A stretch of DNA of 64,000 bases, from contig NC_135890.1 of NCBI RefSeq assembly GCF_964194155.1, positions 23,188,001-23,252,000 on the forward strand, given 5' to 3'. Below the pieces are notes generated by a model. It was given only the letters and a program-made list of their open reading frames with translations, searched no databases and was not told the origin of the DNA. How positions within the stretch are numbered: the stretch's first letter is position 1; each line of letters opens with the position of its first letter. This stretch comes from Cetorhinus maximus (lineage: Eukaryota). The translations under genes and the position numbers were made by a program. Positions 36,091 through 50,100 of this stretch are shown here, one piece after another.

Positions 36091-36839
36091 CTTCCCTTAC
36101 CATCTCCCTGAGAAGTGAGGACAATGGAAAGGGTTGGGTAAGGCGATTGATCGGCAGAAAGAACTCAGCCATGTCAGCACATCACAGAGCTCTTAAAACA
36201 AACAGTGGGGCCAGAACACAGAAAACCAGCCAGTCACAATCACCCACGCTTAGCCTCCCTGACCTCCAACCCCCATGGGCACAGAGCACAGGGATTACTG
36301 TCAGTCTCAGTGCTCACATTCAACTGTCCTCAGTATTCACTAAACTGTAAAGAGAAACAAAGGGTGCAAGATTGAGTAGCCTAGCACCGCTAGGCCTACT
36401 GCATGTTTCCGTGTGCGCAATGCGCCACTTTCTGCACTGCCCACACGGTGTTACTGAATTAAAATGGTGGACATGGATGCCTCCCTGCATGCGCCCGAAG
36501 GTCTTGCATGGGCATTTTCATGACTTAAGACAGCTGAATAGGCGGATACACCACGAAACTAAAATTGGTCAATGAATGTGCAGTTTTGTAAATCACCCGT
36601 GAAACAACAAACATTACGAAGTGAGATGGGGCCTGCTCTGGGGTTATTTAAAAGGTCACGCAACTGATTATAGGTGAGGTGTTTTTGTCTTATTTTTGTT
36701 AAGCTTGCTTTAGTTTGTGGAAGCGTTGTGGGTAAATTACTGAAGAAATTTGGAGGTTTTTGCTGCACATGAGTAGGGAGGAAGGATCAGTGCCTTACGT
36801 AGTGTCACACGTTCTGCAGCACGAGCAGGACATTTTAAT

Positions 36840-37555
36840 GTATTTGTTCATGTGATGTGAACATCGCTAGCTAGGCCGGCATTTATTGTCATCCCTAATT
36901 GCACTTGAAAAGGATGTGGTGAGCTGCCTTCTGGAAAAGCTGCAGTCCATATGTTGAAGGAACAGTGCTGTTAGGAAAGGAATTCCAGGATTTTAACCCA
37001 GTGACAGTGAAGAAAGAGCAATGTAGTTCCAAGTCAGGATGGTGAGTGGCGTGGAGGGGAACTTCCAGGTGGTGGTGTTCCTATGCATCTGCTGCCCTTA
37101 TCCTTCTAGGTGGTAGCAGCCGTCCGTTTGGAAGTTGTTGTCGAAGGAAGCTTGGGGAGTTGCTGCAGTGCATCTTGTAGATGGTACACACTGTTGTCAC
37201 TGTGCGTCGTTGGTGGAGGGAGTGAATGTTTAAGGTCATGGATGGGGTGCCAATCAAGCGGGCTGTTTTGGCTTGGATGAATGTTGAGCTTCCTGAGTGT
37301 TGTTGGAACTGCACCCTTCCAGTCAAGTGTAGAATATTCCTTCACACTCCTGACTTGTGCCTTGTAGATGGTGGATAGACTTTGGGGAGTCAGGAGGTGA
37401 GTTACTCCCTGCAGAATTCCCAGCCTTTGACCCGCTGTTGTAGCCACAGTATTCATGTGGCTAGTCCAGTTCAGATTCTGGTCAATGTTAACCCCCAGGA
37501 TGTTGATAGCAGGGGATTTAGCAATGGTCATGCCATTGAATGTCAAGGGTAAACT
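36840..37555 (-). mobile_element. LINE RT 3' fragment
   Basis: ILGVNIDQNLNWTSHM...LSTIYKAQVRSVKEYS. Confidence 0.88.
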
Positions 37556-38483
37556 GACAATCACATTCCTTTGTTTGAAGATCCTTGCTCTGTCTCCATT
37601 GCTGTTTCCGAGATTTTATCCCATTGCTCTGTGAGAATAGAAATTTCTTCTAAATCCTCGACCTGCCTGGAGTTTGTTCATTCTGAACCTGTGTCCTCCA
37701 GTCTGATACCCTGGTGTCATCTGTAACCTCTGACCCTCTCCATGCCTCATTCATCTGCAGTGTGTCCCCTTCAGTCCCATCTACCAACACAAACAAATAA
37801 GGCACTTCACCGGTGCACCATCAAACAAAAATTGATATCACGTTCATACAGCGCCTTTCCTGACTTCAGAACATCCCAAAGCATTTTACAGTCAATGAAG
37901 TATTTTTGAAGAACAACTAACAGTAATTGAAAAAAATACATCCATCAAATCAAACATGTAGAATCATAGAAATTTACAACATGGAAGAAGGCCATTCAGC
38001 CCTTTGTTTCTGCCCAGCCAACAAGGTGCCATCCAACCTATCCTTACTTTTCAGCTCTTGGATCATGGTCTTTTAAGTGTGGCACTTCAAATGCATATTG
38101 AAGTGTTTTTTAAATGTTATGAAGGTTTCTGTCTCTTACACTCTTGCAGGCAGTGCGCTCCAGATCCCTAACACCCTCCGAGTAAAAATATTTCTCCTCA
38201 AATTCCCTCTAACCTCCTATCCTGAATCTAAGCCAAAAACAGAATTACCTGGAAAAACTCAGCAGGTCTGGCAGCATCGGTGGAGAAGAAATCAGTTAAC
38301 GATTCGAGTCTTCATGACCCTTCGGCAGAACTGAAGCATAGTTAGGAGAAAGGTGAAATATAAGCTGGTTTAAGGTAGGGGGGCGGGGGGAGAGAGAAGT
38401 TGAGGGTGTGGTGATTGTGGAGATAAGCAAGCAGTGATAGGAGCAGATAATCAAAAGATGTCACAGACAAAAGGATCAAAGAG

Positions 38484-38683
38484 NNNNNNNNNNNNNNNNN
38501 NNNNNNNNNNNNNNNNNNNNNNNNNNNNNNNNNNNNNNNNNNNNNNNNNNNNNNNNNNNNNNNNNNNNNNNNNNNNNNNNNNNNNNNNNNNNNNNNNNNN
38601 NNNNNNNNNNNNNNNNNNNNNNNNNNNNNNNNNNNNNNNNNNNNNNNNNNNNNNNNNNNNNNNNNNNNNNNNNNNNNNNNNNN
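38484..38683. other. Assembly gap (200 N)
   Basis: Run of N. Confidence 1.
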
Positions 38684-38845
38684 ACTAGTCTTTTATACAG
38701 TTCCAGCATAATCTCCCAGCTCTTATATTCTATGCCTCGGCACATAAAGGACAGAATCCCAAATGCTTTCTTGACCACCTTGTCTTCCTGTCCAGTCACC
38801 TTCAGGGATCTGTGGACATGTGCTCCAAGGTCCCCCTGTTCCTCT
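38684..38845 (-). mobile_element. CR1 fragment
   Basis: EQGDLGAHVHRSLKV...VVKKAFGILSF..RGIEYKS. Confidence 0.8.
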
Positions 38846-39504
38846 ATAAGGGGCAAAAAGCTCGATTCCAAAAAGGAAAAAAACAGTAAAAACTGGGGAA
38901 AAAGAGTACTGGTCCGAATTGTTTTTCCTTCTGGGTTTGCCTTCCAATGCCCCCTTAAAGACCTCCAGCTGGTTACCCCCTACCCTCTGTGCCCACTGCG
39001 CACTAACCCCATCAGATGAGACCCGGCCTGGGTTCCCAGTGGATTTTCCTGCTCTCCAGCTGGAGAGGTTTGACTGGGATATAAATGTATTAATAACAGA
39101 CACAGCCCAAATGGAGAGGACAACAAAGTCCTTACTGACCCTGAACCTTATTTCTCCCCAAAAGTCGAGGGAAAGGTCATTCTGATGGGTGGGATCTGTC
39201 TCTCCCTGACCCACACCTCCCACCCCCACACCCCCCAACCCCCCCACCGGCTACCTGCACACCTCCCCCGGGCTGGTTGTATCTCCTTCTCCCTGGATAG
39301 GGCCTTCCCTCACCGGACAGGGACTTCCCCGGCTGGACAGTGTCTTCCCCACCCAGTCTATGCCTTGCACCTCTTCCCCCTTCCTTCACTGGATCTCCTT
39401 CCTACCCCTTCCCCCTTTTACTGGCTTTCCCCTGGGCTGGGCCTCTCTTTCTGTCCCTCCCCAGACAAGGTCACTGCTCCTATCCCTCTCCCAGGACAGG
39501 GTTT

Positions 39505-40270
39505 CCACCCCTCCCCCTCCCCTGGCAGGGACTCTGGCCCTCCCCCTCCCCTGGCAGGGACTCTGGCCCTCCCCCTCCCCTTCCCCTGGCAGGGACTCTC
39601 CCCCTCCCCCTCCCGTTCCCCTGGCAGGGACTCTCCCCCTCCCCCTCCCCCTCCCCTTCCCCTGGCAGGGACTCTCCCCCCACCCCCCCTCCCCGAGCAG
39701 GGTCTCCCTCCCCCCACACCCCCCCCCTCCCTCCCCCCACACCCCCCCCCCTCCCTCCCCCCACACCCCCCCCCCTCCCTCCCCCCACACCCCCCCCCCT
39801 CCCTCCCCCCACACCCCCCCCCCTCCCTCCCCCCACACCCCCCCCCCTCCCTCCCCCCACACCCCCCCCCCTCCCTCCCCCCACACCCCCCCCCTCCCTC
39901 CCCCCACACCCCCCCCCTCCCTCCCCCACACACCCCCACACACCCNNNNNNNNNNNNNNNNNNNNNNNNNNNNNNNNNNNNNNNNNNNNNNNNNNNNNNN
40001 NNNNNNNNNNNNNNNNNNNNNNNNNNNNNNNNNNNNNNNNNNNNNNNNNNNNNNNNNNNNNNNNNNNNNNNNNNNNNNNNNNNNNNNNNNNNNNNNNNNN
40101 NNNNNNNNNNNNNNNNNNNNNNNNNNNNNNNNNNNNNNCTCCCCCCCCTCCCCCCCTCCCTCCCCCCCTCCCTCCCCCCCCCTCCCCCCCTCCCTCCCCC
40201 CCCCCCCACCTCCCCCCCCCTCCCTCCCCCCCCCCCCTCCCCCTCCCCCCTCCCCTCACCCCACCCCTCC
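39505..40270. repeat. C-rich tandem/low-complexity tract spanning a 193-N gap (39946-40138)
   Basis: ccctggcagggactct units followed by (ctccctccccccacacccccc)n. Confidence 0.9.
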
Positions 40271-40379
40271 TGTACCAGGGTCTCCTTGCCCTCCCACCCC
40301 TCCCGTAGCAGGGTCTCCCTGCTTTCCCCCCCCCCCCATCTCCTTCCCCTACGGGAAGGGTCTCCCTGTCTCCCCACCG

Positions 40380-40620
40380 GGCAAGATCTCCCCACGGGTC
40401 TCGGCCCCTTTAAGGACCCTCCTTCCCCCCGCTCAGTCCGGGTTTTGCCCCCCCCCCCCCCCCCAGCAGCTCTGGGTCCGAATGCGGGATCGGTCCGGGA
40501 CTGAGCGGAGAGCAGCCGAAACTCGGAGTTGGTGCCGGCGGTCAGAGGACTGAGTCCGGCTCCCTTCAGGCTGTAGTTCCAGCCCTATACAACACCCGGA
40601 GTCCGAGCTCTCCCGCTCCT
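40380..40620 (+). promoter_or_regulatory. CpG-rich segment, candidate kcp promoter/5' exon
   Basis: Local CpG cluster ~500 bp upstream of the kcp ATG exon, which has its own acceptor. No donor could be assigned confidently. Confidence 0.4.
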
Positions 40621-41072
40621 CTCTCCTAACACCTTCCCTCCCTAAATCCACCTTTAACTCTTCTTATCTCCCTCCATCCCTTAAACTAATTCTCTTCCCA
40701 TCAAACATCTTCCCCCATCCCTTCTCTCCCTCATTCCCCCTTCCCTCTCTCCCCTCTAAGTCCTTCCTTCTTTTCCTCTCCTTTTCCCTTGCACCCCTGT
40801 TGCCTTCCCTCCTACACTCTCTCCCTCCTCCTGTTCTCCCTCTTCCCTCTTCCTTTTCCTCATTACCTCTCCTCCCCACCTTCTCTCTCCTTCCCCACCC
40901 TTTCTCCTTCTCCTTCCCTCCCACCTCCCCATGCCATGCTCCCGCTCCCCTCCTGACACTTTTCCTTCTCCCATTCTCCCTCCAGCTGCCTGCTGTCTCT
41001 GGATGTCTAACGAGGTTGTGATCAGTCAGGATTCTTAACTTTCGGCACCACTTGTGTTTTCCTGACTGCAGG

Positions 41073-41184
41073 ATGTGTTTCAGGCTGATAGTGTGGATCC
41101 TGGTTCAGGTACCTCTGCTGTCGTGGACCCTGGTTGGAACATCCTGGGCTGAGATATCCCAGCCGTACTACCACCAAGAGAATG
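41073..41184 (+). CDS. kcp: kcp exon: signal peptide MCFRLIVWILVQVPLLSWTLVGTSWAEISQPYYHQEN
   Basis: Acceptor ttttcctgactgcag|gATG; donor g|gtaagt, phase 1. Confidence 0.88.
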
Positions 41185-44100
41185 GTAAGTGTATCTTAAT
41201 AAATAGGAAACTGCTGTGACTGGCATTGGTATCCAAAGCGAAGAATGGTGGTAATGTTTTGGGTGGGGGCTCTGTCTGATAAAGGCTCTCTCTCTCTGAA
41301 GCCTTCATTGTAGGAGCTGAAGGCTGATGAAAGTCTCTATCCATGTGTTATCCATCTCTGCAGGTCTTTCTGTCTCTTTTAATCTCTCTATGTCCTTGTT
41401 TATCTTTCTGTCTTTCTTAGAGCGTCCCTTTGCCATCTCCCAATGTTCCTGTCCTTTTTTCTCTTACTCTGTCTTTCTCTCTCTCTCTGACAGACCTGCT
41501 TTGTACTTCCAACATTTTCTCTTTTAAATTCTAAACACTGATCTCCAAGTTTTCAATGTTGAACACTCAGCCCTCTTACACTTTTGAGTTGGTGACCAGA
41601 TTTCATTGCCAGTTCTGGAAAGAAAAGAAAGACTTTTGCTTATGTAGTGCCTTTTGTGACCACAGGACACACCAAAACACTTCTGAAGTTTAGTCTCTGT
41701 TGTAATGTAGGAATCACAGTAGCCAATTTGTGCACAGCAAGATCCCGTAAACAGCTGTGTGACCAGATAATCTTTTTGGGGATAAAAGCAAAATACTACG
41801 GATGCTGGAAATCTGAAATAAAAACAAAAAAATGCTTGAAAAACTCAGCAGGTCTGACAGCATCTGTGGAGAGAAAGACAAAGTTAATGGTTTGAGTCCG
41901 TATGACTTCTTCAGAGCTGTTCAGCTGCTCCTCAGAATCATTTTTGGGATGTTGAATATATATCAGGCGGGACATCTGGGATAACTCATCTGCTCTTCTG
42001 CAAAATAGTGCCATTGGGTCTTTTATGTCCACCTGAGGGGGCAGACGGGGCCTCAATTTAACGTCTCATCAGAAAGATGACATCTGTGACAGTGCAGTAC
42101 TCCCTCAGTATTGTACTGGAGTGCTAACTTTTGATTTCTGTGCACAAGTTCCGGAGTAAGACTTGAACCCACAAGCTTCTGACTCAGAGGATAGAAGGAT
42201 ACTAACTGAGTGACAGCTAACAGTGTTGAACTAATTCTGTATGGAAGGGGCGAATAATTCTAGTCAGTGTCAGTGCCCCCCGCCACCCCTTCCCCAATTG
42301 GTTTCACTGCCCCTCCTGTTGTTCAGGATCACCGGAATTCTCAGACATGTTGAGGTGGGGCATTTTTCCTAGTGTCCCCACTTCTGCTGACGACACTGAC
42401 TCTCTCTGTTCCTGTTCCTGTCTCTCTCTCTCTATCTGTTCCTGTTTTTTTCTCTCTCTCTCTTTCTATCTCTATCTCTCTGTCCACCCCCACTCTCTCT
42501 CTCTCTGCCCCTGACACACTCTCCCCCATTCTCCTTTTGTGTGTCTCTCTTATCTCCCTCTCCCTCTTGATCCCTTTCCAGCAGCTGTGTCAATCCGAGA
42601 TGCTTCCCTCTCTTCCTGCTCTCCTGAACAAGACAATGAAAGAATCTTTTTTTTTGTTCAATGTCAGCAACTCTCGGCTGACACTCATTCTGGCCCCTTC
42701 TCCTTTTTTCTTTCTGACTCTGAAACTTATGACTTTGTATTTGACTCATTCTCTATCCCTCATTTGGCTCCTTTCTTTTATTCAAGCAAACTTTAATTAA
42801 GACCTGAAAGATCAGCACAAACTTCACTTTGTGGATGAAAACTAAACAAAAGTGGGAGTACAGGGCCTCTCACACAGACACAGTTTGGGACTGCTTCATT
42901 CCGCGGTTTCAGTAGTCTGAGGGTGGAAGAGCAGAGAATTCATCCTGTGTCCAGTGAACTGTGGAGAAAAGCAACACATCGATTCTAGTAGGTTATCCCG
43001 TCAGTGCCTGGGTACAGTACTGGTGTGTTTAGGTCTCTCACTGTACAACACTGGGTTACAATATTGGTAGGGACAGATCAGTCACTGCATAACACTGGGG
43101 TACAGTACTGGTGGGTACAGGCCTGTCAATGTATAACATTGTGGTATAGTCAATGTATAACATTGTGGTATAGTACTGTGGGTTCAGGCCTGTCACTGTA
43201 TGACACTAGGGTACAGTATAGGTGAGTTCAGATCTGTTGCTTTATAACATGAAAGAACAGTATTGGTGGATTCACGTCTGTGCCTTCACAATACTGGGGT
43301 ATTGTACTGGTGGAGAGAGGTCTGTTACTGACACTGGGGTACAGTGTAGGTGGGTTCAGGCCTGTCGCTGTATGAAACGAGAGTACAGTACTGCTGGGTT
43401 CAGGTCTGTCACTGTACCACACTAGTGTATAATACAGGTGTGTTCAGGTCTCTCACTGAACACCTCTAGGGTACAGTACTAGTCGGTTCAGGTCTGTCGC
43501 TGTACATCATGGTGGGTCCAGGATTGTCACTGTGTAACACTTGGGTACAGCACTGGCGGGTACAGGTCTGTCGCTGTACAACATGGGCACAATAATATGG
43601 GTTCAGGTCTGTCACTGTGCAATACTGAGGTTCAATACTCGTGTGTCAAGGTCTGTCAACCTGCAACACTTGGGTACAGTACTGGTGGGTTCAGGTCTGT
43701 CACTGTATAACACTGGGGTGCAGCACTGTTGGGTGAAGGTCTGTCACTGTACAACTTTGGGGTATTAATACTGTGGGTTCAGGTCTGTCACTGTATGACA
43801 CTGGGACACAGTAGAGGTGAGTTTAGGTTTGTTGCTGTGTGACATGAAAGACAGTACAGATGGATTCAGGTCTGTCACTTCACAACACTGGGGTATTGTA
43901 CTGTTGGGGAGAGGTCTGTTACTGTTGACACTGGATACAGTGTAGGTGTGTTCAGTTCTGTCACTGTGTAACACTGGGGTACAATACTGCTGGGTCCAGA
44001 TCTGTCAGTGTACAACACTGAGGTACAGTGCTGGTAGTTAGAAGTCTGTCATTGTACTCAGCTGGGGTATAGTACTGCTGGGTTCAGATTTGTCACTGTA

Positions 44101-47100
44101 CAACATTGGGATACTCTACTGGTGAATACAGGTATATCAATTTATAACTCCGGGGTATAATACTGATAGATTCAAGTCTATAGCAGCTTAACATTTGGGT
44201 ACAGTATGGTGGGTCCAGGTCTGTCACTTCACAACACTGACGTTTTTTTTTATTCATTCATGGGATGTGAGTGTCGCTGGCTAGGCCAGCATTAATTGCC
44301 CATCCTTAATTGCCCTTGGGAAGGTGGTGGTGAGCTGCCTTCTTGAACCGGTGTGGTCCCTGTGGTGTAGGTACACCCACAGTGCTGTTAAGGAGGAAGT
44401 TTCAGGATTTTTGACCCAGTGACAGCAAAGGAAAGGTGATATATTTCCAAGTCGGGAAGGTGAGTAGCTTGGAGGGGAACGTCCAGCTGGTGGTGTTCCG
44501 AGGTGTCTGCTGCCCTTGTCCTTCTAGATGGTAGCGGTCGTGGGTTGGAAGGTGCTGTCTAAGGAGGCTTTGTGAGTTCCTGCAGTGAATCTTGTAGATG
44601 GTACACGCTGCTGCCACTGTGCGTCGGTGGTGGAGGGAGTGAATGTTTGTGGATGTGGTGCCCAATCAAGTGGGCTGCTTTGTCCTAGATGATGTCAAGC
44701 TACTTGAGTGTTGTTGGAGCTGCACTCATCCAGGCAAGTGGGGAGTATTCCATCACACTCCTGACTTGTGCCTTGTAGGTGGTGGACAGGCTTTGGGGAG
44801 TCAGGAGGTGAGTTAATCGCCACAGGATTCCTAGCCTCTGACCTGCCCTTGTAGTCACAGTATTTATGTGGCTAGTACAGTTCAACTCCTGGTCAATGGT
44901 AATCCCAAGGATGTTGATAGCGGGTGATTCAGCAATGGTAATGCCATTGAATGTCAAAGGACGATGGTTAGATTCTCTCTTGTTAGAGATGGTTATTGCC
45001 TTGCACTTGTGTAGCACAAATGTTACTTGCCACTTGTCAGCCAAAGCCTGGATATTGTCCAGATTTTGCTGCATTTGGACATGGACTGTTTCAGTATCTA
45101 AGGAGTCGTGAATGGTGCTGAACATTGTGCAATCATTAGCGAACATCTCCATTTCTGACCTTCTGATGGAAGAAAGATCATTGATGAAGCAGCTGAAGAT
45201 GGTTGGGCCTAGGACACTACCCTGAGGAACTCCTGCAGTGATGTCCTGGAACTGAGGTGATTGACCTTGACCAGCACAACCATCTTCCTAGGTGTGACTT
45301 TAACTAGAGGAGAGTTTTCCCTTTTATTCCCATTGAATTCAGTTTTGCTAGGGCTCCTTCATGCCACACTTGGCCAAATGCTGCCTTGATGTCAAGGGCA
45401 GTCACTCTCACCTCACCTCTGGAGTTCAGCTGTTTGAACCAAGGCTGTAATGAGGTCAGGGGCTGAGTGGCCCTGGCAGACCCTAAACTGAGCATCAGTG
45501 AGCAGGTTATTTCTACGCAAGTGCCACTTGAGAGCACTGTTGATGACCCCTTCCATCACTTTATTGATGATTGAGAGTAGACTGATGAGGCAGTAATTGT
45601 CCGGGTTGGATTTGTTCTGCTTTTTGTGTACAGGACATACCTGGGCAAATTTTCACATTACTGGGTAGATGCCAGTGTTGTAGCTGGTACTGGAACAGCT
45701 TGGCTAGGGGCGCGGCAAGTTTATGAGCACATCTTCAGTACTATTGTCAGGGCCCATATCCTTTGCAGTATCCAGTTCTTTCAGCCGTTACTCGATGTTA
45801 TGTGGAGTGAATCAAATTGGCTGAAGATATGTGATGCTGGGAACCCCTGGAGGAGGCTGAGATGGATTATCTGATCAACACTGTTACAAACCTTTTGCAC
45901 TGATGAGAATATTTGTGGATCCGCCTTTCAGTGAGTTGTTTAATTGTCCACCACCATTCATGGCTGTATGTGGCAGGACTGTAGAGCTTGGATCTTATCC
46001 GTTGGTTGTGGAACCACTGAGCTTGCTGCTTATGTTGTTTGGCACGCAAGTAGTCCTGTGTTGTAGCTTCACCAGGTTGACACCTCATTTGTAGTTATGC
46101 CTGGTGCTGCTCCCTGCACTTTTCCTTGGTGGTAATGGTAGAGTGGTACCACCTGCTGCAGACCCAGTCAGCAGCTATATCCTTTAAGACTGGTCCAGCT
46201 CAAACAGTAGTGGTGCTACTGAACCATTCTTGGTGATGTACATTGAATCCCCCCACCCAGAGTATATTCTGTGCCTTTGCCACCCTCAGTGCTTCTCCAA
46301 GTAGTGTTCAACATGGAGCATGGAGCTGATGTGGGGGGGTGGGGAGGGTGCTTTTGTGGTGGGACGGGATTTCCTTGTCCTTGCCTGATGCCATGAGACA
46401 TCATGGGATGTTAAGAACTCCCAAGGCAACCCCTTCCTGACCGTGTGCCACTATGCCACCACCTCTGCTGGATCTGCCCTGTTGTGGGGCAGGACATCAT
46501 TAGACTTTTTTAATTCCAGATCTGCCATGGTGGCATTCGAGCCCAGGTCCCCAGAGCACTATCCTGGGTCCCTGGATTGCTAGTCCAGTGACAATGCCAC
46601 TACCCCTCCGCCTCCCCTGCATCATACTGGTGGGGATAGCTCTGTCACTGTATGACTCTGGGGTACATTATAGATGGATTCATGCCTGTCACTGTATAAC
46701 ACAAGAGTACAGTACTGATGGGTTCACGACTGCCACTGTACAATAAGGAGAATAGAACTGGTGGGTTCAGATCTGTAACTGTACAACACAGGTACAGTAC
46801 TGGTGAGGACAGATCTGTTACTGTTTAACACTGGTGTAAAGTACTGGCATGTGCAAGTCTGTCATTATATAATGTGGCTACTGTACTGGCGGGTTCGGGT
46901 CGTTCACCATTTAACACTGGGGTACAGTACTGCTGGGTTCAGGTCTGTCGTTGTATAACACGGGTACAATAGCAGTGGGTTCATGTCTGTCACTGTATGA
47001 CATGGGTACAGTACTGGTGGGCACTGGTCTGTCGCTGTTTAACACTGAGATACAGCACCGGTGGGTTCAGGTCTGTAACTGTATAGCACTGGGGTATGGT

Positions 47101-50100
47101 ACTAGTGGGGACAGGTCTATTACTGTATAACCCCTGGGTACAGTACTAATTGGTTCAGGTCTACCAAAGTATAACATGGATACAGTAGTATTAGGCATAG
47201 GTCTTTCTTTGTATAACACTGGGGTACAATACTGGTGGGTACAGGTCTATCACTGTATAACATTTGGGTATAGTAGTGCTGGGTATGGACCTGTCCATGT
47301 AGAACACTTGGGTACAATACAGGTAGGTATAGGACTATCACTGTGTAACAGGGGTACAGGTCTCTGTCACTACACTTGGGTACAGTACTGGTGGGTACAG
47401 GTCTGTCACTGTATAACAGTGGGGTATAGTACTGGTGGAAACAGATTTCTGTCACTGTATAACACAGGTACTGTACTGGTATGTACAGATCTGTCACTGT
47501 ATAACACTTAGGTACAGTTCTGGTGTTCATTATTTTGAAGTAATATTAGTGCTTCACAAGTCTTCACCCTAGTCTCACCCAGTTGCCCAGTAAAGATTGT
47601 CTGTTTCTGCTGTGACGAGTGGCTCTCAGCATCACTCTGTCTCTCTACATGGGTCTTTATCAGGTGCAACTGTGCAAGTATTCACATTAAGAACTATAAA
47701 AAATATATTGAGTATGTTCTCTATCCCCATTAAATTATCCAATGAAATCATGTCAGTGCTGAGAAATGCAAAAGTTTTTACAACTGTCCCATCCATAACA
47801 ACGCAGGGAAAGCTGCACAAAAATCAGATATAGAGGAAATCTCCCTCTGTACTGCCCCATCAGTAACTCATAGAGCAAGTACAGCAGAAATCAGACCTAG
47901 AGTAAGGCTCCTTCTAAACTCCCTCTTTATCGTTCATAATACCACAGAAAACCACGCTGAATATGGAAGGACAGAGGAGGTCTAAGGGAGGGAATAAGAG
48001 GGGCAAAGTGTGTGTGTGAAAATAGATTAGTGGTTAATATGAAACCGAATCCATAAGTCTTATAAACACAAATAGTAAAAGAGTATCAAAGGAAGAATGG
48101 GGCTGAGTAGGGACCAAAAAGGAAATCTTCTTGTGGAGACAGAGGGCATGGCTGGGGTAATAAATGAGTGTGTTTACATCTTCACTAGAGAAGAGGATAA
48201 TAAAATAAGAATGTAAAAAATCGGAGCAGGACTAGGCCGTTTTGCAAAAGCAAGACACTGCAGATGTTGGAAATCTGAAATAAAAACAGAAAATGCTAGG
48301 AATACTCAGCAGGTCAGGCAGCATCTGTGGAGAGAAAAGCAGAGTTAGTGTTTCAGGTTGATGACCTTTCATCAGAATCATATTGCCCTGGAGTCTGCTC
48401 CACCATTCACTAGATTATAGCTGATCTTTGAGCTCAATCCCACTTTCCTACCCGATCCCCATATCCCTTGAGTCTCTCAGAATCCAAAAATCTATTGATT
48501 TCAGCTTTGAGGATATGCAACACATCCACAGCCCTCTGGAGTAGAGAATTCCAAAGATTCTCAACCCTTTGAGTGAAGACATTTCTTCTCATCTCAGTCT
48601 TAAATGATCAATCCTTTATCCTGAGACTATGACCCCTATTTCTAGAGTTTTCAGCCAAAACCTCTCAGCATCTACCCTGTCAAGCCCCTCAAAATCTTAC
48701 AATGTGATCACCTCTCATTCTTCAAATCTCCAGTTTATGGGCACCGTTTGCTCAACCTCTCATCATAGGACAACCCTCTCATCCCAGGGACCAATCTTCA
48801 CTGCACTGTCTCCAAGGCAAGTATATCCTTCCTTAGATATGGAGACCAAAACTGTGTACAGTACTCTAGTTGTGCTCTCCAAAGCCCAGTGCAATTGTAG
48901 CAAGACTTCCCTACTCTTGTATTCTAGTCCTCTCACAATTCAAGTCAACTGGCTGTTTGCCTTCCGAATTGCTTGCTGTACCTGCATGCTAACTTGCTAC
49001 ATTTCTTTTGTGAGGACACCTAAACCTCACTCTACATCAACATTTAAAAGTTTCTCGCCATTTTAAAAAATGTGCTTTTCAATTCTTCCTACCAAAGTGA
49101 ATAACCACACATTTTCCCACATTGTTCTCCATTTGCCGCCTTATTGCTCACTAACTTAATCTGTCTGTATCTCTTTGCAGCCTCTTTGTGTCCCCCTCGC
49201 AGCTTACTGTCCCATCTAGTTTTGTATCATTAGCAAACATGGATACTTTACTCAGTACCTTCATCTATGTCATTAATATAGATTGTAAAAAGCTGAGACC
49301 TCAGCACTGATTGGTGCAGTACTCCACTAGTCACAGCCTGCCACCTTGAAAATGCCCCACTTATCCCTACTCTTTTTTTTTCCATTAAGCGATCCTCTCT
49401 CCATGCCAATATACTACCCTCAATGTCATGAGCTCTTGCCTTGTGTTATTACCTTTTACGTGGGCACTTTGTCAAATGTCTTTTGAAAATACAAATACAC
49501 TGCATCCACAGGATTTCCTTTATTTACCCTGCTAGTTACATCCTCAAAAAAACTCTTAATAAATTTGTCAGATCTGAGTTCTCTTTCATAAAGCCATGTT
49601 GACTTTGCCTAATCAGATTATGATTTTCAAAGTGCTTTATTAATACTTCCTTAATAAAAATTTTTATCATTTTCCTGATAAATGATTTTAGGCTAATTGG
49701 CCAGTAGTTCCCTATTTTTTCCTTTCCCCCCTTTCTTGACTAGTGGTGTTGCATTTGCTGCTTTCTAATCCGTTAGGACCGTTCTGAATCTAGGGAATTT
49801 TGGACAATCACAACCAATGCCTCCATTATGCCTGCAGCCATCCCTGTTTGAGTTCTGGGATGCAGGCCATCGGGTTTAGGGGATTTGCCAGCTTTAGTCT
49901 CATTAGTTTCTCTAATACACTTCCTCTCCTGATATTAATTACCCTATGTTCCTCACTCTCATTAGTCGCTTGGTTCCCCATTATTCCAGCATGCTGCCAA
50001 TGTAGAAATAAAGGAGGAAGCAGTAGTCATAATGGATAAGGTAAAAATAGGTAAAGAGGAGGCACTTAAAAAGTTGTCAAAGTAGAGAAGCCACACAGTC

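Noticed and set aside
36340-36830. Possible DNA-transposon terminal fragment or exon
   Set aside because: No diagnostic motif or paired end could be identified by eye.
39185-40553. Proline-rich (formin/extensin-like) ORFs
   Set aside because: Poly-C low complexity spanning an N gap.
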